Counted from the whole stretch's first letter, positions 37,672 to 47,840 are shown. The stretch is DNA of 63,992 bases, filler included, from a bacterium (GCA_040757115.1; 7 parts of 7 records of this genome joined end to end with filler, not necessarily neighbours in it); one strand, 5' to 3'. The notes: a model not told the origin generated them from the sequence alone. Translations and numbers: made by a program.

Positions 37672-37961
37672 GCCTAACAGAGCGTATCTGGCTTCGTGCC
37701 TTTGGCACTCCGCCCAAATCCTGCTTCGCAAGACTTCAGAGACGCTCGGAGCGATAGCCAAAATGACGCAGAGCTCGAACCCCTTTGGGGTTCGCATTTT
37801 GGTTATCGGGATGCGGATGAGCGAAAGGCTTCAGCAGATATAGCTCAAGGGGAATTTTTGAAAAAGGGAAGTTGCTCTGCGTCACTTCGGCTATCAGCGG
37901 ATGAACGGCTGAAGCCAAAATGCCCCTTTGGGGCACTTCGCTCATACGCATCCCGTTATAT
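37672..37961 (+). other. Long attC-like site (290 bp)
   Basis: R'' GCCTAAC, R' GTTATAT, outer GCGTAT/ATACGC stem; cassette-end complementarity on both sides. Confidence 0.72.
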
Positions 37962-37996
37962 GAAATTGTTAGCCATCAAAAACAGGAGAAAATACG

Positions 37997-38767
37997 ATGG
38001 AAGAAATAGAATTTGCATTTGCAGATTCTGTTGAAGTAGAAGCAATCGGAAGGTTGTTAAAGCGATGTGGCTTGCCTTACGAGGATATTGCCAATCACCT
38101 TCATCACTTCATGGTGGCAAAGACGGGTAATGATTTGATTGGAGTAATTGGACTTGAAGTGTACGAGAAGGTTGGGTTGCTGCGTTCCCTTGCCATAACA
38201 GACGATTATCGGGGCAGGGGTATTGCAAAAGCAGTCTACACAAGGATATTGGCGTATGCCCATTTACAAGGGATTGAAAGCCTCTACCTGCTGACGACCA
38301 CAGCGGAAGGCTTTTTCTCAAAGATGGGCTTTACCAAAGTGGAAAGGAACAACATTCCTGAATCTATTCAAGCCACAAAGGAATTTCAGAACTTTTGTCC
38401 TTCCACTGCTGTCTGCATGACCAAGGGAATTGAAAAAGACGCCCGATATTATCCAAAAGAGGTTCTACGTCTTCAACCCGATGTTCTAGGAGCAAGAATG
38501 TGGGGCATTGCGCTGGAAAAGACAATGTTCACATACTTTGAGGTGGAGTCAAACTGTCGGTTTGAGATACACGCTCATGAAAGTGAGCAAATCACGATGG
38601 TTCTTGAGGGGGAACTGTTTTTTGAGGTAGAGGGAAGGATTGTCGGCGTTAAGAAAGGGGAGGTCATAGCAATTCCTTCAGCCCTTCCCCATGCGGTATT
38701 TACGCGGGAGCAATTCGTAAAAGCGGTTGATGCCTGGTCCCCTGTAATGGAAAAGTACAAAAAATAA
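37997..38767 (+). CDS. ArsN2-type GNAT N-acetyltransferase fused to a cupin domain
   Basis: GLLRSLAI, YRGRGIA, LYLLTTTAEGFF, EFQNFCPSTAVCM; C-terminal HAHESEQ...PSALPH cupin. Confidence 0.82.
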   Translation: MEEIEFAFADSVEVEAIGRLLKRCGLPYEDIANHLHHFMVAKTGNDLIGVIGLEVYEKVGLLRSLAITDDYRGRGIAKAVYTRILAYAHLQGIESLYLLTTTAEGFFSKMGFTKVERNNIPESIQATKEFQNFCPSTAVCMTKGIEKDARYYPKEVLRLQPDVLGARMWGIALEKTMFTYFEVESNCRFEIHAHESEQITMVLEGELFFEVEGRIVGVKKGEVIAIPSALPHAVFTREQFVKAVDAWSPVMEKYKK

Positions 38768-38784
38768 CGATGACTGGCAACTTC

Positions 38785-38866
38785 ACATAACACGGTGTTT
38801 GTGGAAATCTACGCTTTCCCAAATCCCACCAAAGGCGAGACTTCACAAACACCGAGAACGTTATCT
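38785..38866 (+). other. attC site (82 bp)
   Basis: R'' ACATAAC, CGGTGTTTGTG / CACAAACACCG stem, R' GTTATCT. Confidence 0.8.
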
Positions 38867-38958
38867 GCAATGCCGTGGTCCTAAAGATTTAGAAAGATAA
38901 TACCAATTTCTCAAATAAAGAATTGATAAAGTAACCCTTTGAGAGGAGGATAAAAAAA

Positions 38959-40107
38959 GTGTTGCTTACTCACAGAGGAAAGATAATAGCAGAAGAGGAA
39001 AAAATTGCAGAAACATTAAGCTAGATTTGTGAGCATATTAAGAGTGAACATAGAAAGGGTAAAATCCCTTTGTTTATAATTGGCTCAGGGATATCAAGCT
39101 CTTTAAAAGATTCTTCTGGCAAACATCTTGGCAAAGGTATTCCTGATATAATACGAATGATAGAAAAACTTAAAGAGATATCATCTAATTATTCTTTACC
39201 AGAAGACCTTAATCAACTTTTTAAAACATGGGAAAGTTCAGAGGAAAGGAAGAGAGATAGGAGTATCGTTTCAAGAATTCTTATGTATTTTAAAGAGCCA
39301 TCCTTGGAGGAATTGCGAAAGATTTGGAGCGAATTTATAGAGTGGTTACTCTATAAGTGTGTTGATGAAGAAAAAAATATAGGTATGATAGAAGCTAAAC
39401 CTTCTATTGCCCATGAAAAGATTGCTGAGATGTATAAAAAGGCTGAGGATGGTGGAACTAATGCTATTTGCCTGACAATAAACTTTGATAGCCTTCTATA
39501 CAAAGCTCTGAGTGCAAAATTTGATGAATTTGATGAAAAAGGAAAGATTAAGAAGAAAAATGCCTACACATACTTTGAGCCTGAAGGATGCGAAGAGTTT
39601 TTCAAAAGAATGGAACACCATAGTGCTGTGGCCGAAATCCAAGCAAGAGAGAATGTCTTTTGGGCGAAATGTAAATCCTCTCTTTGCAACTTGAGAAACA
39701 AATCAATTCCTCTTTTAATTTCTGTAAAATACGGCCTTGGGGGTGCCCCTACCAAATGTGAATGTGGAGGATCGAGGGATATATTAATCGCTTTCCCTGG
39801 GACATACGAAAAAGATAGAATAATGCAAGAGATGCTTGCTAAGATTTGGAGATACCTTGCCTATAGAATAAGTTGTGTGATTACAATTGGGTTAAGTGGA
39901 GCATGGGATCCAGTTCTCATAGCATTTCTCTCGGATCTCCTTGGAGAAAGAGGAATTCCCTTGATTGATGTCAACAAAAAACCAGAAGATTCATGCTTAG
40001 TAAAAGAGATTGTTGAAACTGGGGTTTTTGATGCAGTAAGCATCACACAACCTGCTGACAATTTTATGGAGGACTTTGTAAAGAAATATGGGAGTTATGA
40101 TCTGTGA
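38959..40107 (+). pseudogene. SIR2-like protein; in-frame TAG at 39022-39024, 3' end set by an insertion
   Basis: GAGGAGG RBS + GTG; FIIGSGIS, LTINFDSLL, IGLSG motifs; CKSSLC...CECG possible Zn site. Confidence 0.7.
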
Positions 40108-40325
40108 TTCAGACAGTAGACTATAGACATCAGACTTCAGACTAAAACGGGCAGAAATTGCACAAGAATGAAGGCTTGGGAGAGCTACCTATACTTCTGT
40201 AGGTAAGGCTTAGGGAAAAATTCAGGGGGTGAGGTTTTGAGGAAGGCTTCTCGAATGCCACTAATTTCCTGCATAAATAGAGTCTATAGTCTTGTGTCTG
40301 ATGTCCAGTGTCTGAATCACAGATC
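40099..40325. mobile_element. 227-bp MITE with (C/T)AGAC 7-mer inverted arrays
   Basis: Perfect 17-bp TIR GATCTGTGATTCAGACA / TGTCTGAATCACAGATC; no target duplication seen. Confidence 0.8.
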
Positions 40326-41577
40326 TTGATAATCCAGAGGTTATGAATTATATCTCGAAGGATGACAAGGAGATAACTTCATTTAATTTATATATGTTTA
40401 CAGATACACCAATTTCTCTTGTCAATAAAGATGGTGTCAAGAAAGCAAATTTCCCTTTGCCTCCAGGAGAAATGTATATTTTACTACAGAAGATAATGTT
40501 AAAAGAGCATTAGAGCTTGGAGAAGGTGATATAAGAATCGGAACTCTTGATAAATCTTCTAATCCAGAGGTTAGAATTACACCTGATAGGCTTTTTCAGC
40601 CTCATATTTCAGTTTTAGGTAGAACAGGGTCTGGCAAATCTTATTTTGTTAAAGGATTGTCGAGGCATATTAAAGATAGAAATATTATCATTTTTTCACC
40701 CACTGATGAATACAATGAAGTTGGCAAGAAATATGGAATACAAGTACTTTCAAAACAAGATATTCTTTTGCCTTTAAAACCAGACTTTATGGGGTCAATT
40801 TATAATTTAACCCTTCAGGAAGAGATGCTATTGAAAAAATTCATGACAAAAGTTTCTCTCAAAGAAAAAATTTTTAGTGGAGAAATAGCAAACCAACTAA
40901 AAGATTGGGTTGCTCAGGGTTCTATTGTCTCTAATAAAAAAGGAAAAACAAAACAGATAAATCTTTTTGCATCAGAAGAGATATTATCTGAAGAATGGGA
41001 AGAGATTAAAATCCCTAATTATGTGAATACTACCTTACATAAATTACAGTCAAAACCCCTTTATTTTTCTAACAAACCTATGAAGGTTCTTGAGAACTCT
41101 CTGATTTTAGATATGAGTGAAATAGAACAGGAAGTTCAAGAAATTATTATTCGTTATACACTACATAATATTCTTGAGAAATATCGAAGTAAAAAGGAAG
41201 GAGTTGCTCGGCCAAAACTTCTTGTAGTAATAGAGGAGGTGCATAACTTTGCTCCGACTATCCAAACGACTTTTTGCAAGGATAAAATAATACAAATAGC
41301 CAGGGAAGGAAGGAAGTTAGGAATAAACCTATGTCTTTTAAGTCAACGACCTCGTCATTTTGACCAGACTGTTCTTTCTCAATGTAGTAATCTATTCCTT
41401 TTTCATATTCCCCATCCTGATGATGTCAATCATGTCTTTAGTGTTTCTCCTTTTTACAGTGGAAACTATGTTGAATTAGTTCAGAGACTTGATGTAGGAA
41501 AATGTTTAATAGTGGGGAATGTCTTTAGGTATCCCATTGTATGTTCGGTTAGCTTTGAAAACACAATGAATGTTTGA
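40326..41577 (+). pseudogene. HerA/FtsK-family ATPase, 5' truncated, frameshift near 40470
   Basis: FPLPPG / NVYFTTE split across frames; HISVLGRTGSGKS Walker A upstream of the tracked ORF; VIEEVHNF, AREGRKLG, SQRP. Confidence 0.85.
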
Positions 41578-41679
41578 AAACTACCTCATATCTAATGGCT
41601 AAATGAGTAGTTTCAAGTTTGAGTCTTGTTTTGTTAAATCATTTTTGCTATCAACCTAAGAGAATTAAAAAGGTAGATT

Positions 41680-41880
41680 ATGCGAATACTTGCAAAATTA
41701 AAAAGAAACCTGTCCTGGTAATGCTGACAAGGCTATAACTGTTGGAGCGAGTAAGGATGAAAAGATAGCTAATTACAGCAGTAGAGGGTTTGTATTTCAA
41801 GAAAAGCCGGATTTGCTAGCCCCGGGTTCTCTTTCTATTGGCAAATTTAAGGTTATGGGAACTTCTATCTCCACACCAAT
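41680..41880 (+). pseudogene. S8 (subtilisin) peptidase remnant, runs into contig end
   Basis: Frame from 41702: ETCPGNADKAITVGASKDEKIANYSSRG..KPDLLAPG..MGTSISTP; out-of-frame start MRILAKLK at 41680. Confidence 0.75.
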
Positions 41881-41980
41881 NNNNNNNNNNNNNNNNNNNN
41901 NNNNNNNNNNNNNNNNNNNNNNNNTTAATTAATTAANNNNNNNNNNNNNNNNNNNNNNNNNNNNNNNNNNNNNNNNNNNN
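41881..41980. other. Artificial contig linker
   Basis: N-runs flanking TTAATTAATTAA. Confidence 0.97.
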
Positions 41981-42245
41981 CCGCTCTCCTGCAATCTCTA
42001 ATCTCCCGTTTATAGTTTATCCTTGCTTACTTCATCTTGTTACCCAACTTGTGGGTAAGGATTAGACCCCCGCCAGCGGGGGACAACGGCCAATCAATCA
42101 CTTGAATGGCGACAGAGCACTAGTATAAAGGTTAAAATAGTGTATAGGATTCTGCAAAATAGGATTTGAGGGAGATAACTGAGAATTAGACCTGAAATTA
42201 AATCAAAAATCAAATTTATCTTGCTTCCAATTATAGCACAAGAAA

Positions 42246-43097
42246 TTACTTAACTACAACTACTGGACAGGGGGTATGACCAATGACCTCTTCAGTTACA
42301 CTGCCCATAAGGACTCTTTTGAGTCCTGTCCTGCCGTGACTACCCATAAAAATAACATCCACTTTTTCATTTTTTGCTAATTCTGTGATGACTTTATACG
42401 CCTCACCTTCTCTGACAAAGGTTACTACCTTAATGCCATCTGCTTCTGCCTTTTCCTTCACTTCATCAACAAAACCTTTGGCTTGTTGAATGAGGGTTTC
42501 TGCCACCTCTGGAGCTTCGCCATAAAATTCAGTCGGAACATCCACCACAGATACGACCTTCAATTCCCTATGGTATGATTTTGTAAAAGATATAGCCCTT
42601 TCTGTCGCTCCCTGACTACATTTGGAGCCATCAGTAGCAAGAAGGACATTTTCCCATCCTATGACAGTATCTCCTGGAATTACCAGCACATCCTTCTGAG
42701 TGTGACCTATAATACGGGCAGTAACACTGCCAACCAATATTCGCTCCAGTCGCCGTAGTCCCCTTCTTCCTACAACTATCAAATCGTAGTTTTCACTTTT
42801 GGCTAAATCAACAACCCGTTCATATATCTCACCTTCTTCGCAAATAGTCTTAATTGATACCCCTTCGGTTTTTGCTAATTCATCAGCTTGAGATAAGGCA
42901 TCCTGATATGGTTTTTTCATAGAGCCCATAATATCTCCCACACTAACTAAATCAAGATCGCCTGTATATGGTGGGACAACAGAAACAACCGTTATCTCAC
43001 ACCCTCCCTTCTGAACGAACTTGAATGATTCTTTTAGAGCATGCAAACTTGTTTCTGAACCATCAATTGCCACCAGTATTTTTTTATATCTTAACAT
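42246..43097 (-). CDS. Tandem universal stress protein
   Basis: Two Usp domains: ILVAIDGS...GRRG...GSVT and LLATDGS...GSHGRTG...GSVT. Confidence 0.93.
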   Translation of the reverse strand: MLRYKKILVAIDGSETSLHALKESFKFVQKGGCEITVVSVVPPYTGDLDLVSVGDIMGSMKKPYQDALSQADELAKTEGVSIKTICEEGEIYERVVDLAKSENYDLIVVGRRGLRRLERILVGSVTARIIGHTQKDVLVIPGDTVIGWENVLLATDGSKCSQGATERAISFTKSYHRELKVVSVVDVPTEFYGEAPEVAETLIQQAKGFVDEVKEKAEADGIKVVTFVREGEAYKVITELAKNEKVDVIFMGSHGRTGLKRVLMGSVTEEVIGHTPCPVVVVK

Positions 43098-43146
43098 CTT
43101 CGTTAACCTCCTTCTTCAATTCGCCATCCACAAATTTCCTGCATTT

Positions 43147-43175
43147 ATTATATGCTTTCTTTCTTAAAAAGTCAA
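43147..43175 (-). promoter_or_regulatory. sigma70 promoter TTGACT-17-TATAAT for usp
   Basis: Consensus spacing. Confidence 0.65.
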
Positions 43176-43266
43176 GGGGAAATTAATAGGAGGCAGATTT
43201 TCGCAGATTATCAGATAAGAATTAAAATAAAAATCCTGCGAAAAATCTGGTCCCAGTAATTTTCCC

Positions 43267-43295
43267 TTGACAAATACCTCTGAGAATGCTAAACT
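43267..43295 (+). promoter_or_regulatory. sigma70 promoter TTGACA-17-TAAACT for the TSUP operon
   Basis: Consensus spacing, extended TG. Confidence 0.62.
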
Positions 43296-43477
43296 ATTTT
43301 CGTTTTAAATCAAACTATTTCCTGGAGTATTTATAATAGCACACGGATGACACAGATTTAAACCGATTCTCGCTGATTTCTTTCTCTTTATTCTCTCTTC
43401 TGTTTTGTATCCGCAAATATCTGCATCATCTGCGTTATCAGCGTGTTATTATTTTCTTGATTTTAAAGGAGAGTAAA

Positions 43478-44425
43478 TTGAAGGTTGCAAAGGCATTAAA
43501 GGTAGGTATATCACTGATAGTTTTAATAATTACAGCGGTAACCGTATGGGCATCAACAGGAGTGGAAGTAGCAAATGCTAATGTGGTCTGGTGGATATGG
43601 CCATTGTCGTTATTCATTTTTACCTTTCTCCTTGGTATTGTAGCAGTTCTTGGGGGTGTAGGTGGTGGAGTATTATATGTGCCGATTGTCAGCGGTTTTT
43701 TCCCTTTTCATCTTGATTTTGTCAGAGCTGCTGGCCTTTTTGTAGCACTGGCTAGTTCGCTTGCCGCAGGACCTGGTCTGCTTAAAAGAAATCTGGCTAA
43801 TCTTCGTTTAGCATTACCAGTGGCGTTAATTGCTTCATCTGCCGCTATTGTCGGGGCTATGCTTGGACTTGCACTACCAACAAATATTGTCCAACTCTTA
43901 CTGGGTATTACCATTATCTCCATTGTTATCATTATGGTTTTGGCTAAGAAATCAGACTTTCCAGATGTGCCAAAACCCGATGCCTTATCGCAAAGCCTGA
44001 AAATTATGGGCATCTACCGGGAAGAATCACTTGGAAAAAATGTTGAATGGTGCATCCACCGCACAATGAAAGGATTATCTATGTTTATCATTATTGGCAT
44101 AATGGCAGGTATGTTTGGACTGGGTGCTGGCTGGGCAAATGTGCCAGTTTTAAACCTGATGATGGGCGTTCCGCTTAAAATATCCGTGGCTACAAGCTCA
44201 TTCCTTCTTTCTATCACTGATACATCAGCCGCCTGGATTTATTTGAATGAAGGAGCTGTTTTGCCAATAATTGTTGTGCCATCTATTGCCGGAATAATGT
44301 GTGGTGCTATGATTGGTGCCCAACTACTTGCAAAAACAAGACCAAGGGTAATTAGATGGATAGTTATTGCCCTTTTACTCTTTGCCGGAATGAAAGCAGT
44401 TCTAAAGGGGCTGGGGATTGGATAA
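43478..44425 (+). CDS. Sulfite exporter TauE/SafE (TSUP) family protein
   Basis: GGVGGGVLYVP and GMFGLGAGWANVP glycine motifs; AAGGAG RBS before TTG 43478. Confidence 0.88.
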   Translation: MKVAKALKVGISLIVLIITAVTVWASTGVEVANANVVWWIWPLSLFIFTFLLGIVAVLGGVGGGVLYVPIVSGFFPFHLDFVRAAGLFVALASSLAAGPGLLKRNLANLRLALPVALIASSAAIVGAMLGLALPTNIVQLLLGITIISIVIIMVLAKKSDFPDVPKPDALSQSLKIMGIYREESLGKNVEWCIHRTMKGLSMFIIIGIMAGMFGLGAGWANVPVLNLMMGVPLKISVATSSFLLSITDTSAAWIYLNEGAVLPIIVVPSIAGIMCGAMIGAQLLAKTRPRVIRWIVIALLLFAGMKAVLKGLGIG

Positions 44426-44474
44426 TTAAGTCCAATCTGCCCCACCTGGGGCTAAATTAATCAGAAGGAAATAT

Positions 44475-44894
44475 ATGAATAGTAATAAAACCAAAACATC
44501 AGAAGAACAAATAGCCTATGCTAATGTATTAAATGTAGCCATGTGGACAGGACTGTCAATTTTGGTAGTTACCTTCATCGTTTATCTATCAGGGGTATTG
44601 CCCACTTTTATCCCGATTGAAGATATGCCTAAATACTGGGGTATGGCATCAAAAGATTTTATACATCACTTTCAGGCTCCTACAGGCTGGGGATGGTTAG
44701 CAATGGTAGGGAAAGGAGACTATCTGACTTTTGTAGGTATAGCCCTCCTTGCAGGGCTTACAGTCTTATGTTATCTGGTGATATTACCTATTCTCATGAG
44801 AAAAAAGGATATTCCCTATGTGGTAATAGCAATTTTTGAGGTTGCTGTTTTAGTCTTAGCCGCAAGTGGAATCTTAAAATCAGGAGGGCACTAA
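44475..44894 (+). CDS. DUF1634-like membrane protein (TSUP partner)
   Basis: EEQIAYA, PTGWGW, GDYL motifs; three TM segments. Confidence 0.7.
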   Translation: MNSNKTKTSEEQIAYANVLNVAMWTGLSILVVTFIVYLSGVLPTFIPIEDMPKYWGMASKDFIHHFQAPTGWGWLAMVGKGDYLTFVGIALLAGLTVLCYLVILPILMRKKDIPYVVIAIFEVAVLVLAASGILKSGGH

Positions 44895-45021
44895 CTTGTA
44901 TTTATCTCTCTCACCGCAGAGAACGCAGAGTTCGTAGAGAATAAGCAACTCATAAACAACTCTCGTAACTGATTTCGCTTATTGACCATCTAATAATCTG
45001 GTTAAAAAACAATCAAATTCG

Positions 45022-45245
45022 GTAACCGTTCAGGGCTATACATTAGAAGTGTAAACAATAAAGGGATTAGAGTCAGACCTTGAATGTAGAAAGCAGTTCC
45101 TTTTACATTCAACATTCACGGTCTGACTCCAATAGTTTCCCTTCTCCGTTTCTCCCTTTCTCCGTTTCTCATCTGTCTTCTGACCTGTGTATTTATCCGT
45201 GCTAATCCGTGTTCATCTGTAGCTGAATAATTACTGAATAGTTAC
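45022..45245. mobile_element. GTAAC-ended MITE with doubled right end
   Basis: GTAACCGTTCAG left; CTGAATAATTAC TGAATAGTTAC right; internal GAGTCAGACC/GGTCTGACTC hairpin; right part resembles 56908-57029. Confidence 0.65.
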
Positions 45246-45315
45246 CATATTTTTTCTTCGTGGTCTTCGTGCCCTTCGTGGTTTATCTTAACTGCACAGC
45301 TCGACATTTTTTGCA

Positions 45316-46362
45316 CTACTTCTCTTTTTCCTTCTGTAACTTCCTCCACAGAGATACCCTATCGATACCCAGAATTTGTGCTGCCTGGGTCTGATTATTC
45401 CCTACCTCATTTAATACCCATTGGATATAATCTGTCTCTTGCTCCTTGAGGGTTGGTATCCTCCCTTCCTTTTTTCTGAATGTTCTAACGCTCAAACCTT
45501 TCAGATCTTCTGGAAGATGACTAACCTCGAGGACATTTCCACTGGCAAGGGCAACCCCTCGCTCAATGATGTTTTCCAATTCCCGAATATTCCCAGGGAA
45601 GTCATACTCTCTTAATAAGGCAAGCACATCTTCGGATATTCCACTTATCTCCTTCTTCATTAAGAGAGAGTATTTTTTCAGAAAGTAATAGCTTAAAAGC
45701 ACAAGGTCATCCTTCCTTTCTGAAAGCGGGGGCAGATGAAAGGAAAGGACATTTAAGCGATAATACAGGTCCTGCCTGAATTGCCCATCTTTTATGGATT
45801 CCTGGATGTTTCTATTTGTAGCCGCAATAAATCGGACATCCACCTTTATTGGCTTTGTAGAGCCAAGTCTTAAGACATCCTTTTCCTGAATAACCCTCAA
45901 TAGTTTTACCTGCATAGAGGGAAGCATCTCGGTTATCTCATCTAAGAATAGCGTTCCGCCGGATGCCATTTCAATTAGCCCCTTCTTCATCGCTTGAGCA
46001 TCTGTAAATGCACCCTTCTCATAACCAAACAACTCACTATTGAGGAGGCTTTCTGGGAAGGCACCACAGTTTATGGCAAAAAATGCTCCATTTGCGCGAA
46101 GGCTGTTAAAGTGGATATACTTAGCTAATAATTCCTTGCCTGTTCCGGTTTCACCGCTTATCAATACATTAGAGTCGGTTGGAGCAATCTGTTTGGCGGT
46201 GTTAAGTAGTCTTTGCATTGCTGGATCCTGGGTGATTATTTTAACCCTGCCCTGGAGGTTCTCCACCTGCTCCCGCAGCAACTTATTCTCCTTTTTAAGA
46301 TTTACCTTTTCTATCGCTTCCTTGACTACCTGTCTAATCTCGTCTAATTTGAATGGTTTAGC
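45316..46362 (-). pseudogene. Sigma54-dependent NtrC-family regulator lacking most of its receiver domain
   Basis: GETGTGKE, GAFTDA, LFLDEI, FRQDLYYRL, PGNIREL, Fis HTH; begins at AKPF next to an element end. Confidence 0.85.
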
Positions 46363-46431
46363 GTAACTATTCACCACGAAGAGCACGAAGGACACGAAGA
46401 TGTTACAGAACAAATCTCTTTATGCCTTTAT
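46363..46431 (-). repeat. GTAAC element end with GxxExxY C-terminus (GIKRFVL*)
   Basis: Reverse complement nearly identical to 2886-2954. Confidence 0.82.
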
Positions 46432-46452
46432 TTATCCCTACAAAAATATCGC

Positions 46453-47631
46453 CTACAAAATTGTAGGGGAGTATCTCTTCTTTAACCAGAGTTTAAAAAT
46501 AGGGTCAGTGAACTCGTATAAGCCCTTATCCTGTTTTAAAAGAATGCCTTTATCTATGAAATATTCGATATATCGGCTTATAAGATTAGAATTGCTTTTG
46601 GTTGTCTGACATATCTCTTTTGGAGTATGAAGGTTATGCACAGCCATTGCACAAATTATGCCTTTTTCCTTATCGCTGAAGGACTTAAATTCCTCAAAAA
46701 AGAGTATATCGCCTTCTTGAGCAAGAAAATCTCCGAATGCCTTTTGCACCAGTTCCTGGTTTATTATCTTCTCTCCTGTTCTGTTCAATTCCCTTCCAAT
46801 AAATTGGACATAAAAGGGTATGCCTTTGGTGAGCTTATACAACTCTTCCAGTGCCTCTTCCTTTATCTCACCCTGTATATTCCGTATCATCAAAGCTCTG
46901 ACCACTGAAATGTCAAAAGGGCCGATATGCCTTATTACAAACTGCCTGTAAAAAGCCGCAGATGGGGAAAGCACTGCGACATCCATCGTTCTTCTTATAG
47001 AACCCGATACACAGAGGATAGTTCTGGTCAAGTCTTCCTGGATAGTCCTTATTTTCTTGATGATGCCTTCACCGAGTTTTGTTCCGTTTTTTACATCCAT
47101 AATTGAAGGGAATTCATCCAGGATTAAGACCAATCTCAGGTTAAGTTCCTCAGCAAGTCTTTCAGCAAATTCAAAGACTTTTTTCACCAGAAGATTTATA
47201 TCCATCTCCCCTTTTTTGCCTGCGGCCAGTGAAATTTCAATATCTTCAAAGATACTTATCTTAACATCAATCGTCTTCAGAAAATCAAAAAACTTTGTTG
47301 CCGGGACCTTGAGGATATGTGCTATCTTATACTTTAAAGAGAGTCTCTTTTTCACAGCTTCAATAATAGAGATAGTAATCTGGTTGCAGAGGTCAACAGC
47401 GGTATTTTCAATAATATCCCAGAGTGAAAAATAGACAGCAACAATATCGTCTCTTTGGTTTAATCTTCTCGCCACTTCCTTGAGGATAGAGGTTTTACCA
47501 ATTCTCCTTGGTCCAACCAGGGCATATCCCATTCTTACTTTCTCATCCGTGAGGGTTTGAAGCATTTCTTCAAGGATATCTTCTCGATCAACAAAATCTT
47601 CCTCTGTTGCTGGCTGTAGTGTAAAACTCAT
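46453..47631 (-). CDS. Archaeal-type AAA+ ATPase (ATPase_2) with winged-helix C-terminus
   Basis: FVDRE, GPRRIGKTS, LILDEFP, TKGIPFYVQ, FTDPIFKLWL. Confidence 0.85.
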   Translation of the reverse strand: MSFTLQPATEEDFVDREDILEEMLQTLTDEKVRMGYALVGPRRIGKTSILKEVARRLNQRDDIVAVYFSLWDIIENTAVDLCNQITISIIEAVKKRLSLKYKIAHILKVPATKFFDFLKTIDVKISIFEDIEISLAAGKKGEMDINLLVKKVFEFAERLAEELNLRLVLILDEFPSIMDVKNGTKLGEGIIKKIRTIQEDLTRTILCVSGSIRRTMDVAVLSPSAAFYRQFVIRHIGPFDISVVRALMIRNIQGEIKEEALEELYKLTKGIPFYVQFIGRELNRTGEKIINQELVQKAFGDFLAQEGDILFFEEFKSFSDKEKGIICAMAVHNLHTPKEICQTTKSNSNLISRYIEYFIDKGILLKQDKGLYEFTDPIFKLWLKKRYSPTIL

Positions 47632-47731
47632 CTATGATACTCCTTTTTTAACAAAAGTGCTTTATGTCCTGACGCAATTGACAACTTCGGAACAGGTGAT
47701 ATTTTACAGGTTACCAATCTGCCCATTCTTA

Positions 47732-47760
47732 ATTATATACCCTTGTGAGGCTATTGTCAA
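47732..47760 (-). promoter_or_regulatory. Perfect sigma70 promoter TTGACA-17-TATAAT
   Basis: Exact consensus. Confidence 0.75.
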
Positions 47761-47840
47761 GCATTCTTTTCAGAACGGGTGTATGTAAAATTTGTGGGTA
47801 ACTTTTAACACCTCTATTTTTATCAATTTCCTCCAAAGAG

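Noticed and set aside
36491-38034. Several short ORFs on both strands at 36491-36977 and 37609-38034
   Set aside because: They lie over the palindromic attC-like sites and lack RBS or family motifs.
37551-39024. In-frame TAG codons in HEPN, SIR2 and DUF559 suggesting amber recoding or pyrrolysine
   Set aside because: Intact genes (A2M, pbpC, mgsA, vapC) end in TAG at expected positions, and the SIR2-HerA and DUF559 loci also carry frameshifts or insertions, so ordinary decay is simpler.
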